A DNA stretch of 25,111 nt from a virus. Taxonomy: Duplodnaviria > Caudoviricetes. Made by a program: the position numbers and the translations under genes. Of the stretch, positions 15,831 through 24,123 are shown in pieces. Location: positions 1-25,111 of the IMG/VR virus record IMGVR_UViG_3300012943_000059, one strand, 5' to 3'. The notes under the pieces are model-generated. The model made no database searches, was not told the origin of the DNA, and worked only from the letters and a program-made list of their open reading frames with translations. How positions within the stretch are numbered: position 1 is the stretch's first letter; every line of letters starts with the position of its first letter.

Positions 15831-15998
15831 ATGACGGCACCGCTACTTGCGGCCGGGTCCCGACCGGACCCCCGGACCGTGGCCTGTCCGGCCTGTAACG
15901 CCCGACCCAGTCAACCCTGTACCGCCCCGACCGTGTCCGGTCGTCGGCCGGTGTCCTGGGTGCACAGTGCCCGTCAGGACCGGGCGGAGGACTGGTGA
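15831..15998 (+). CDS. Small phage zinc-finger protein, 55 aa (absent from the ORF track)
   Basis: AGGAG SD; MTAPLLAAGSRPDPRTVACPACNARPSQPCTAPTVSGRRPVSWVHSARQDRAEDW with CPxC-x7-C-x14-H; GTGA overlap with the next gene. Confidence 0.8.
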   Translation: MTAPLLAAGSRPDPRTVACPACNARPSQPCTAPTVSGRRPVSWVHSARQDRAEDW

Positions 15999-16240
15999 CC
16001 GCGACCGACGATTACCCGCCAATCGAACTGCGACTCGTTGCCGAGCCCGGTTGGCGTGTGCGCTTTGCCGATGGTGGAGAAGTGCCACTGGTTGGCTGGC
16101 TCCGGGCCTATCGTGCCGCGACCGATGGGCGGGAGGGTGGTCACGAATGGCGACCCGCCTGGTGGGAACCCGAGACACAGTGCCTGATGGCCGGACTCAT
16201 GCACCAAGATGACCAACTGCTCGGACCCGGTGACTCATGA
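15995..16240 (+). CDS. Hypothetical protein, 81 aa
   Basis: GGAGG SD; GTGA and ATGA overlaps at its two ends. Confidence 0.7.
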   Translation: MTATDDYPPIELRLVAEPGWRVRFADGGEVPLVGWLRAYRAATDGREGGHEWRPAWWEPETQCLMAGLMHQDDQLLGPGDS

Positions 16241-17118
16241 CCGCGACCATCCCGAACGTGGTCGGGGTCATCACCCCGGAACAACGGACCCCCGACTGGT
16301 TCCGGGTGCTGATCCACGGCCCGCAGGGGTCGGGCAAGACCACCCTCGCGTCGACCATCGCCGGACTGGGGCCGACCCTGTACCTCGACCTGGTCGGTGA
16401 GAAGGGCACCCGGAGCTACCAGGGCACGCCGTGGGAGCACAACATCACTCCCGCCCGGCCGGACAGCGCCACCGCCCTGGACGACACCTACTGGTGGTTG
16501 GCCTCGGGAGATCACCCGTTCAAGGCCGTCGTCCTGGACAGCCTGACCGCGACCCAGAAGATGACCATGCGGTTCATGCTGGGCCACTCGGAGACCGCGG
16601 TGCGGGAGATCAGGCAGGGCACCGCCCCGGCCGACCAGCGGACCTGGGGGCAGACGCTCGACATCATGACCGACCTGGCCACGTTCTGGTTCGGGCTGGC
16701 CGACGGCAATCGGGAGCACCCGATGCACGTCGTGATGACCGCACAGACCAAGTACATGGAGGACGAGGACTCCGGGACCACCAGGCGAACCCCGGACGTC
16801 CAGAAGGGGGCGCTCAGCATCACACTGGCCGCGCCGGACTACATCCTCTACACCGATCTAGAGGAGGACATGGACCACCCCGGCGAGGATGGCAGCGCCA
16901 GCTATCGCCACATCGTCCGCTTCGGGGCCAATCCCGAGTATCGGACGAAAGCCCGTCTGCCCTACAACCTGTGGGGCAAGCTCCCCTCGGTCATGGGACG
17001 GACCCGAGCACTGACCCTGCCCGCCCTCGGCCGGACCCTGGGCGTCGGCGGGATTCCCCGACAGGCACCACCGGCGGCCAAGCCCGCCCCCACCACGCAG
17101 GAGGAGCAGCCCGTATGA
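16237..17118 (+). CDS. AAA-family ATPase (Sak4/AAA_24-like recombination protein), 293 aa
   Basis: VLIHGPQGSGKTT, LYLDLVGEKGT, AVVLDSLT, HVVMTAQ, TKAR. Confidence 0.85.
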   Translation: MTATIPNVVGVITPEQRTPDWFRVLIHGPQGSGKTTLASTIAGLGPTLYLDLVGEKGTRSYQGTPWEHNITPARPDSATALDDTYWWLASGDHPFKAVVLDSLTATQKMTMRFMLGHSETAVREIRQGTAPADQRTWGQTLDIMTDLATFWFGLADGNREHPMHVVMTAQTKYMEDEDSGTTRRTPDVQKGALSITLAAPDYILYTDLEEDMDHPGEDGSASYRHIVRFGANPEYRTKARLPYNLWGKLPSVMGRTRALTLPALGRTLGVGGIPRQAPPAAKPAPTTQEEQPV

Positions 17119-17750
17119 CCGGCAATAGCTATGTCATGCCCATCGACCTGACCAACTACAAGGATCGGGTCGGTGGTCATGTGGCCGAGGGCCGATACCG
17201 GGTCCTGGTCGAGGACGTGGAGCCCGACGAGTCCAAGGCCAAGAACCCGATGATCAACGTCTGGCTCCGGGTCGTCGGCGGACCGCACGACGGCGCGACG
17301 ATCATCGACCGCCTGGTGCTCACCGACAAGTCGATGTTCCGGGTCGTCGGATTCATGCAGGCGATCGGCCTGCCGACCCCGAAGAAGAAGTTCACCATCG
17401 ACATCCGCAAGTTCCTGAACCGGCAGCTTCTGGTCGATGTCGAGGACGGCGAACCCTACAACGGCAAGGTCAAGTCCGAGGTCCGGGGCTACATGAAGCT
17501 CCCGGCCGACGCCGTGGTCGAGGCGATGACCACCGACGGGGCCGGGCCGGACGACCTGCCCGTCGAGGATGACCTGTCCCCGGAGGACGGGTTGGCGGAG
17601 TTCGCCAAGCCGACCGAGGTGGACCCGAATCCGACCTCACTGGGCAAGAGTCCGGCCGCCGATCAGCAGTCCCGCTCGCCACAAGCCGCCCAGAACGGCG
17701 GCGGGGTGACCGTGCCCGACGACATCAATCTCGATGAACTGAATTTGTAG
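17115..17750 (+). CDS. DUF669-like putative single-stranded DNA-binding protein, 211 aa
   Basis: ATGA overlap; EGRYRVLVEDVE...SKAKNPMINVWL...YNGKVKSEV; acidic C-terminal tail; follows the Sak4-like ATPase. Confidence 0.75.
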   Translation: MTGNSYVMPIDLTNYKDRVGGHVAEGRYRVLVEDVEPDESKAKNPMINVWLRVVGGPHDGATIIDRLVLTDKSMFRVVGFMQAIGLPTPKKKFTIDIRKFLNRQLLVDVEDGEPYNGKVKSEVRGYMKLPADAVVEAMTTDGAGPDDLPVEDDLSPEDGLAEFAKPTEVDPNPTSLGKSPAADQQSRSPQAAQNGGGVTVPDDINLDELNL

Positions 17751-17762
17751 ACAGGTGTACTG

Positions 17763-17966
17763 ATGTCACTCCGTGAGAACGTACTCACACTGGTGGATGA
17801 GTTGTGGACGGAGGCCGAACAGGCCGCCTCCCGCCGGTCCCGGGTGGAGGCCCGGGTCCGCCGGGACGACGCCAATCGCATCCTGGCCACTCTCGGCAAG
17901 CCCGAGCGGAACTGGTCTCCCCCACCGGAGGAGCCGACCTCCTGGGAGCTTGCCACCAAGGAGTGA
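17763..17966 (+). CDS. Hypothetical protein, 67 aa
   Basis: Fills the gap; AGGT SD; its 3' end supplies the AAGGAG SD of the next gene. Confidence 0.65.
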   Translation: MSLRENVLTLVDELWTEAEQAASRRSRVEARVRRDDANRILATLGKPERNWSPPPEEPTSWELATKE

Positions 17967-17967
17967 C

Positions 17968-18282
17968 GTGACCGAGCGCGCGCTGACCGATTCGATCGTC
18001 AAGGCGATCAAGCGGGCGCACCCTGATGCTTGGGTATTCAAGGTGCATGGACACCCGGGTCAGATGGTCGGAGTTCCCGACCTGCTCGTCTGCCACCGCG
18101 GCCACCTCGCCGGGTTGGAGGTCAAGTTGGCCCAACCCGGTGAGAGTGCCGCCCATGCCCGGAACCGGGCCACCCCCATCCAGCTCGCCCAGCTCGGGGC
18201 GATCCAGCGGGCCGGTGGGCTCGCCGCGATCGTGCTGTCCGTGCCGGAATCACTGGCCGTATTGGCCTCGATCGAGGACTGA
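17968..18282 (+). CDS. VRR-NUC domain nuclease / Holliday-junction resolvase-like, 104 aa
   Basis: TERAL...KVHG...GVPDLL...GLEVK...TPIQ...AGGLAAIV; AAGGAG SD before GTG 17968. Confidence 0.88.
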   Translation: MTERALTDSIVKAIKRAHPDAWVFKVHGHPGQMVGVPDLLVCHRGHLAGLEVKLAQPGESAAHARNRATPIQLAQLGAIQRAGGLAAIVLSVPESLAVLASIED

Positions 18283-18319
18283 TCGTCGTTCCGACTTCCC
18301 ACGGACCTGACCGGCTCCC

Positions 18320-18325
18320 TAGCCT
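18320..18325 (+). promoter_or_regulatory. Putative -10 box (TAGCCT) of a leaderless portal promoter
   Basis: TAGCCT-N7-ATG(18333). Confidence 0.5.
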
Positions 18326-18332
18326 TGGGTGA

Positions 18333-19961
18333 ATGAGCGAGCCTGACCGTCACGCACCGTTGACCAGCCTGATCGCCAGTGCCCGCAGACTCACCGCGCA
18401 GACCTTGCGACGGAGTGTCGGGTCCTCGGCCAAGTCGTGGCAGGAGGACGCCTGGGAGATGTACGACCTCGTGGGCGAGCAGCGATTTCTCGCCTCGACC
18501 CTGGCCGGTCGACTGTCCCAGGCCCGCCTGTTCGTGGGGACCGTCAACGAGGAGGACCCCACCGGGCTACCGGTGCCGGTCGTGGACAACCCGGACGTGA
18601 CCGACATCCTGTCCGTCGTCGGGAACAGCACCGTGGCCCGGTCCCAAATCCTGTGGCGGATGGGAGTCAACCTCTTTGTGGCCGGCGACGGGTGGCTCGT
18701 CGGCATCCCGAGGCCCCTGCTCCCGGACGCCCCGGAGGTGACCTCGATCCAACCTCCTGATCTGAATATCGCCGACCTGGACTGGCGGATGCTGTCCGTC
18801 TCCGAGGTGATCGGCGCCCCGGGTGGTCTGGTGACCCTGAAACTTGGCGAGGGGGACGATGAGCGCGTCACCTGTGCGCCCGAGGACCTGTGGCTGATCC
18901 GGGTCTGGCGCCCACATCCGCGCCGCTGGTGGGAGGCCGATTCTCCGACGCGCAGCTCGCTGCCGGTGTTGCGGGAGCTGGTCGGGCTCACCATGCACAT
19001 CAGCGCCCAGGTGGATTCCCGGCTGGCTGGTGCGGGCCTGCTGATAGTTCCCCAGTCGGCCGCGCGTGCCGTTCGTCTGGCATCCGGGGCGACCGAGGAC
19101 AGCTCCGACGACCCGTTCACCGAAGCCCTGCTTGAGGCGATGCTCAAGCCGATCCAGGACCGGTCGTCGGCCTCGGCCCTGGTCCCGCTGGTCATCACGG
19201 TCCCCGACGAGGCGGCGGCCCTGTTCCAGTTCCTGACCTTCGCCAAGCCACTGGACGGCGAAGCGCGGGCCCTGCGGGACGAAGCGATCCGCCGTCTCGC
19301 GCTGGGTCAGGACGCGCCGCCCGAGTTGCTGCTGGGGACCGCGGGCATGAACCACTGGGGTGCCTGGCTGGTCCAGGAGGACGTGGTCACCACCCACCTC
19401 GAACCGCCGCTGGCGCTGATCTGCGACGCCCTGACGACGCAGTACCTGTGGCCGGTGCTGATCGACCAGGGAATGAGCGAGGAGGTTGCCCACACCTACG
19501 TGATCTGGTACGACGTCTCCGATCTGATCGTCCGGCCGAACCGGAGTACCGACGCCATCGCGGTCTACGACCGGGGCGGGATCAGTACGGACGCCCTGCG
19601 GGGCGCGACCGGGTTCGACGACTCCGACGCGCCAGCGGCCACCGAGGAGCTACCGGCCGGGGTCCGGCTGGCCCTGGACATGGTGATCAAGGCACCGAGC
19701 CTGGCCCAGGACCCCGGGCTACCGGCGCTGGTCGCCCAGGTACAGGCGGTGATGGGAGTGACCGCCCAGGAGCAGGGCGACGCACCGACCCCGGTCGTCC
19801 CGACACAGGAGGAGCAGAACGAGGAGCGCGGCGGGGAGCCGGTGCCCACCGGCGCCCCGGGGTCCAGCGAAGACCCGGTCGCGGTCCCCTCGATCGTCAC
19901 CGGAGGCGCGTACGACGCAGTGGAGCGGGAGTTCTACGACATCACTGGCGCCCGGCGATGA
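18333..19961 (+). CDS. Portal protein (actinophage type resembling mycobacteriophage cluster B), 542 aa
   Basis: WQEDAWEMYDLVGE, IRVWRPHPRR..EADSPTRS, SRLAGAGLL, LRDEAIRRLALGQDAPPELLLG, NHWGAW, WYD; lies upstream of MuF. Confidence 0.85.
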   Translation: MSEPDRHAPLTSLIASARRLTAQTLRRSVGSSAKSWQEDAWEMYDLVGEQRFLASTLAGRLSQARLFVGTVNEEDPTGLPVPVVDNPDVTDILSVVGNSTVARSQILWRMGVNLFVAGDGWLVGIPRPLLPDAPEVTSIQPPDLNIADLDWRMLSVSEVIGAPGGLVTLKLGEGDDERVTCAPEDLWLIRVWRPHPRRWWEADSPTRSSLPVLRELVGLTMHISAQVDSRLAGAGLLIVPQSAARAVRLASGATEDSSDDPFTEALLEAMLKPIQDRSSASALVPLVITVPDEAAALFQFLTFAKPLDGEARALRDEAIRRLALGQDAPPELLLGTAGMNHWGAWLVQEDVVTTHLEPPLALICDALTTQYLWPVLIDQGMSEEVAHTYVIWYDVSDLIVRPNRSTDAIAVYDRGGISTDALRGATGFDDSDAPAATEELPAGVRLALDMVIKAPSLAQDPGLPALVAQVQAVMGVTAQEQGDAPTPVVPTQEEQNEERGGEPVPTGAPGSSEDPVAVPSIVTGGAYDAVEREFYDITGARR

Positions 19962-20395
19962 GCGATCGCTGCCCGTGCTGTGGGGCGGCCGACGGCGCGG
20001 TGGCCTCCGATGTGCTGCTGGCGGTCTGCGACATCCTCGTAATCAAGGCGTTGGAACGACTAGGCACCTGGATCATCCGGTCCGAGCGCATCCGCCCGCA
20101 CGAGGCCCGAGTCGCCGGACTGCCACTACACCAGGCGCACACCCGGTGGCCGGTCACCGATCCCATCGTGGACAAGGCGCTACGGGGGGCGTGGGACGTC
20201 ATCCCGGCGATGCTGACCCTGCACGGGTGCTGCGGGGTGACGGCCGACGCCGTGACCGCGTGCCTGGACGACTACGTGCACGACCTCGCGGTCACCTCGA
20301 CCCCACATGCGTTGGCCGAGCTGCACTACCGGTTCGAGACCAGGCTTCGACTACCGGTCGCCGTCGTACTGATCGAGGCCGGTCATGGCCGATGA
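19958..20395 (+). CDS. Hypothetical protein, 145 aa; possible detached portal C-terminal domain
   Basis: ATGA overlap with the portal stop; LVIKALERLG...PLHQAHT...GAWD...LDDYVHDL...PH...L. Confidence 0.7.
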   Translation: MSDRCPCCGAADGAVASDVLLAVCDILVIKALERLGTWIIRSERIRPHEARVAGLPLHQAHTRWPVTDPIVDKALRGAWDVIPAMLTLHGCCGVTADAVTACLDDYVHDLAVTSTPHALAELHYRFETRLRLPVAVVLIEAGHGR

Positions 20396-22091
20396 CCTGA
20401 CCTCCCCGGGTGCGGCGACCCGGGCGCGGGCCGCGCTTGAGCTGGAGATGCTGGCTGCCCTGCTCCCCATCTTCGAGGCGTTCTTCGACGGGGTACAGGA
20501 GGATGCGCTCGCGGCCCTGGACGCTCCGGTCCTGATCGCGGCGGGGAAACCGCGTCGGAAGCGGGCCAGCCTGGGCGACCCGTTCACCTTCGCCGCCACC
20601 GAACGTCGCTGGCAGGCGACGACCGGGGCGGCGTACGACCGATGGTCCGAGAAGTTCCTGCCCCCGGAGGGGGCGCTGTCCGCCGGGGAGATCGCCTACC
20701 TCAAAGGGATGCGTCAACGACTGCAGAACAACACCCTGCTCCCGGAGGTCTACTCGACCGCCAGAGAAGTGCTGGCCTACGGCCGCAACGCGAACTGGTC
20801 GCGGGATCAGTTTCAACACTCGCTGATTCGGACCATCGGCTTCGCCGCGTCCCAACCGCTCGTGGGAGACCTGGCCCCGCTCGTGAACATCATCGGGAAG
20901 GCCAAGGACTGGTACCAGCGGGTCGTGGCGATGGTTCGGACCGAGACGACTGCCATCTACAACGTGCGCAAGCTCGCCTACCACGTCCGCAACGCGGGCA
21001 GCTACAAGCGCTGGGTCGCCCACCACGACGACCGCACTCGCGCGACACACCTGCGGGCCGACGGGCAGACGGTCCGGGTGGACCAGGACTTCATTGTCGG
21101 CGGATATGCGTTGGGCTACCCCGGCGACCCCCGCGGCCCGGCCAAGGAGACGGCGAACTGCCGGTGCGTGCTGGTCGGCGCCCGGAGCCGCAAGCCACTC
21201 GACCACATCAAGACCGCCACCGAGATCGTGAATCAGGCCCGGATCACGGACGTGTCGATCCAGCAGGGCATCGACGCCTTCAAGGACCTGCTGCCCCACC
21301 GGCGCCCCAAGCCGATCACGATCGTTGACGCGAATCCGGCCGGTGAGCTGGCCGGGACACTGGCCCAGGCCAGCGTGATGTTCCCGCCGGGACCGCTGGA
21401 ACTACCGTCCGGCCTACGCCCCGCCGGGTCGATCCGGTCGGGGCCGTTGGGGATGTCCGAGCACGAGCTGCGCCGGGTATCCGACGAGGACCTGGAACAC
21501 GCGCTGGCCGACGGGCTGGCCCGGGACCCGGACTTCGCCGGGGTGGACCGGGTCATCGCCGAGATGGACCGTCGGCAGGGCATGGAGCAGTTGGCCGAAC
21601 AACGCCGGGCACTACGCCGGGAAGCCTCCTCGATCAGACGTGCCCAGGCCAAAGAGGCGCAGTGGGTCGAGGTCCAGCGACGCATCGACGCCGGGGAGAA
21701 CCCCCGGGACGCGGTCGCGTACGTCACCGGGCTGAGTGTGATGCGCCAGGTCCGCTCGGAACTCAAGACGCGACTGGTCGCGGAGGGAATGAACCGGGCC
21801 CAGTCGCTCGAACAGATGCTGCGGGCGAAGTTCCGGTCGGAACTCGCCCGGCGGTACGTCTCGGCGGAGTGGGCCACCCGGGGCCAGATGCTCAACTCGG
21901 CCGCTCGGGCGGCGGGGATCGACCCGTTCTCGCTGTTCAGCGGCCAGGAGGCCCGGGCTCGGAAGTGGGCCAGCGACGAACTCAAGCGGTGGTGGACCGA
22001 GCACGGGCGCATCACCTACGACACCTACTCGGCCCAACTGCTGGACTACACCCGTACCCAGGGCAAGACCCTCGACGACTTCCTGGGCTGA
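20385..22091 (+). CDS. MuF-like minor head protein with C-terminal extension, 568 aa
   Basis: RTETTAIYN, KRWVAHHDDRTRATH..ADGQ, YPGDPRGPAKETANCRC, then a Pro-rich linker and a ~210 aa helical domain. Confidence 0.88.
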   Translation: MADDLTSPGAATRARAALELEMLAALLPIFEAFFDGVQEDALAALDAPVLIAAGKPRRKRASLGDPFTFAATERRWQATTGAAYDRWSEKFLPPEGALSAGEIAYLKGMRQRLQNNTLLPEVYSTAREVLAYGRNANWSRDQFQHSLIRTIGFAASQPLVGDLAPLVNIIGKAKDWYQRVVAMVRTETTAIYNVRKLAYHVRNAGSYKRWVAHHDDRTRATHLRADGQTVRVDQDFIVGGYALGYPGDPRGPAKETANCRCVLVGARSRKPLDHIKTATEIVNQARITDVSIQQGIDAFKDLLPHRRPKPITIVDANPAGELAGTLAQASVMFPPGPLELPSGLRPAGSIRSGPLGMSEHELRRVSDEDLEHALADGLARDPDFAGVDRVIAEMDRRQGMEQLAEQRRALRREASSIRRAQAKEAQWVEVQRRIDAGENPRDAVAYVTGLSVMRQVRSELKTRLVAEGMNRAQSLEQMLRAKFRSELARRYVSAEWATRGQMLNSAARAAGIDPFSLFSGQEARARKWASDELKRWWTEHGRITYDTYSAQLLDYTRTQGKTLDDFLG

Positions 22092-22117
22092 ACCGTCCGC
22101 CGTACTACGCTCCGAGG

Positions 22118-22297
22118 ATGGTGGCCCAGATGACCCGGTCCGAGGCAGTGGCAACCGAATACGGCAAGGCGGCGGCCGAGGCGATCAAACGCGGGGAACC
22201 GCCCACTCCCTGCCCCTGGGACGCCAACGGCGACAGCATCGTGCAGGCTCGGCTGGCCGCGGCCTGGTCCGCCGGATTCCTGGCAGAGCTGACGTGA
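22118..22297 (+). CDS. Small Rmf/CrpP-fold-like protein, ~59 aa
   Basis: A...GEPPTPCPW...LAAAWSAGF matches the G-x4-CP[YW]...W..G pattern; TACGCT-N6-ATG; GTGA overlap with queD. Confidence 0.65.
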   Translation: MVAQMTRSEAVATEYGKAAAEAIKRGEPPTPCPWDANGDSIVQARLAAAWSAGFLAELT

Positions 22298-22662
22298 GCG
22301 GCTACCTGATCACCAAGGATTTCCACCTCTCTTATAGTCACCAGCTCACCGGTCTGCCTGACGGCCATCCGTGTGCGCGGCTGCACGGCCACAACGCGGT
22401 CATCCGAATCGCCCTGACCGCCCGCGCCCTGGTTGCTCCCGGCTTCGTGCTCGACTACGGGGAGTTGAATCCGCTGGGCGACTGGCTCGACCAGACCTTC
22501 GACCACCGGCACCTGAACGACGTCCTGCCGGACCTCAACCCGACGGCGGAGAACCTGGCGCAGTTCGTCTACACCTGGGTCACCTTCAACTACCCGAACT
22601 GGCCGGTCACCTCGATCGGCTGGTCGGAGACCCCGAAGACCTGGGCGGTGTACTCGGAATGA
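22294..22662 (+). CDS. queD: 6-carboxy-5,6,7,8-tetrahydropterin synthase
   Basis: SHQL, CARLHGHN, DHRHLND, PTAENLA, SETPKTWA. Confidence 0.95.
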   Translation: MSGYLITKDFHLSYSHQLTGLPDGHPCARLHGHNAVIRIALTARALVAPGFVLDYGELNPLGDWLDQTFDHRHLNDVLPDLNPTAENLAQFVYTWVTFNYPNWPVTSIGWSETPKTWAVYSE

Positions 22663-23432
22663 TGCCCGGCCTGTCCCTCGCCATCGACCACGTCCGGCCG
22701 CCGTCATCGGCACCCGTCCACCTCAACGTGTCCGAGACCTTCACGACCCACCAGGGCGAGGGGCGGCACCAGGGGGCGCTGGCTCACTTCATCCGGCTGA
22801 CCGGCTGCAACCTGACCTGCTCATGGTGCGATGCCGCCTACACCTGGGACTGGAAACACTTCGACCACGCCGCCGAGACTCACCCCCGCACCCCGCACGA
22901 CCTGGCCGACGAGATCGACGCCCTGACGGCACAGGGAGCCGGTCGGGCACGGATCGTCATCACCGGTGGCGAGCCGCTGCTGCAGTCCAACGGGCTGGCC
23001 GCGCTGTTCACCGAGCTGGACGCCTGCGACCTGTTCGCCCACCACCCACTCGACCTGGAGACCAACGGGACCCGGCCACTGGGACCGACCGCCCGGTTCT
23101 GGTCGACGATCACCTGCTCCCCGAAGGTCGGCCCGAGCGCCGGACAGATCGTGCCGAAGTGGGGAGGCCCGGCCCTCGATCCCTCGATCAAGGACGACGA
23201 CCGGACCGAGTTCAAGTTCGTCGTTGCGAGCGAGGCCGACCTCGACGCTGCGGTGGAGTTCGCCGTCCATCACGTTCTCCCGCGCGACCGTTGCTGGCTG
23301 ATGCCCGAAGGCACGACCCCGGCGGTCATCCTCGATCGCACGCCGTGGGTCACCCGGGCCGCGCTCGGACTGGGTTGGAACTTCACCAGCCGCCTGCACA
23401 TCCTGGCGTACGGGGATACGAGAGGAACCTGA
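22659..23432 (+). CDS. queE: 7-carboxy-7-deazaguanine synthase (radical SAM), 257 aa
   Basis: ATGA overlap; QGEG, FIRLTGCNLTCSWCD, ITGGEPLLQ, LETNGT, CSPK, FKFVV, LMPEG, RLH. Confidence 0.95.
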   Translation: MMPGLSLAIDHVRPPSSAPVHLNVSETFTTHQGEGRHQGALAHFIRLTGCNLTCSWCDAAYTWDWKHFDHAAETHPRTPHDLADEIDALTAQGAGRARIVITGGEPLLQSNGLAALFTELDACDLFAHHPLDLETNGTRPLGPTARFWSTITCSPKVGPSAGQIVPKWGGPALDPSIKDDDRTEFKFVVASEADLDAAVEFAVHHVLPRDRCWLMPEGTTPAVILDRTPWVTRAALGLGWNFTSRLHILAYGDTRGT

Positions 23433-23436
23433 CCCC

Positions 23437-24123
23437 ATGACTGCAACGACCCCGATCGACCCTCGAAAGGTCGCCTACCTGCCACTGGCCGATCTGACTC
23501 CCGACCCCCGAAACCCGAAGGGCCACGACCACGAGACCATCGGGGCGTCCATCGGCCGGTTCGGGGTCCTGGACCTGATCGTCCGGGACGAGCGGACGGG
23601 CCGGATCGTCTCGGGTCACGGCCGGGCCGAGGTATTCGGCCGGATGCGGGATCGCGGGGAGGCTCCTCCCGAAGGTGTTCTGACCACGCCCGACGGGAAG
23701 GACTGGATGGTGCCGGTCGTGGTCGGCTGGGCCTCCCGGACCGACACCGAGGCTGCGGCGGCCCTGATCGCACTCAACCGGACGACCGAGCTGGGTGGCT
23801 GGGTGGATGATTCCCTGCTGGGTCTGCTGGAGGAGATCGGCTCGCTGGGTTCCGACGGTTTCGCCGGGGTCGGCTACGACGAGCACGAGCTGGAGGACCT
23901 GCGCAAGCTGCTGTCCACCGACGACGACGACGGTCTGGCCGACGAGTGGGACGGGGAGTCCGGCCTGGCTCCACGCGAGGAGACCATCACCATCGAGATC
24001 ACCGACCCGAACCTGGCGGCGGCCTGGACCATCTACCGGGCCAAGCAGCCGACCGACACGATCGCCCTGGCCACGCTGATGTCGGCGGCCGGGGTCCCGA
24101 CCGCACCGCCGGACGCGGTGTGA
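23437..24123 (+). CDS. ParB-like N-terminal domain protein, 228 aa
   Basis: LTPDPRNPKGH...SIGRFG...IVSGHGR...LIALNRTTELGGW. Confidence 0.85.
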   Translation: MTATTPIDPRKVAYLPLADLTPDPRNPKGHDHETIGASIGRFGVLDLIVRDERTGRIVSGHGRAEVFGRMRDRGEAPPEGVLTTPDGKDWMVPVVVGWASRTDTEAAAALIALNRTTELGGWVDDSLLGLLEEIGSLGSDGFAGVGYDEHELEDLRKLLSTDDDDGLADEWDGESGLAPREETITIEITDPNLAAAWTIYRAKQPTDTIALATLMSAAGVPTAPPDAV

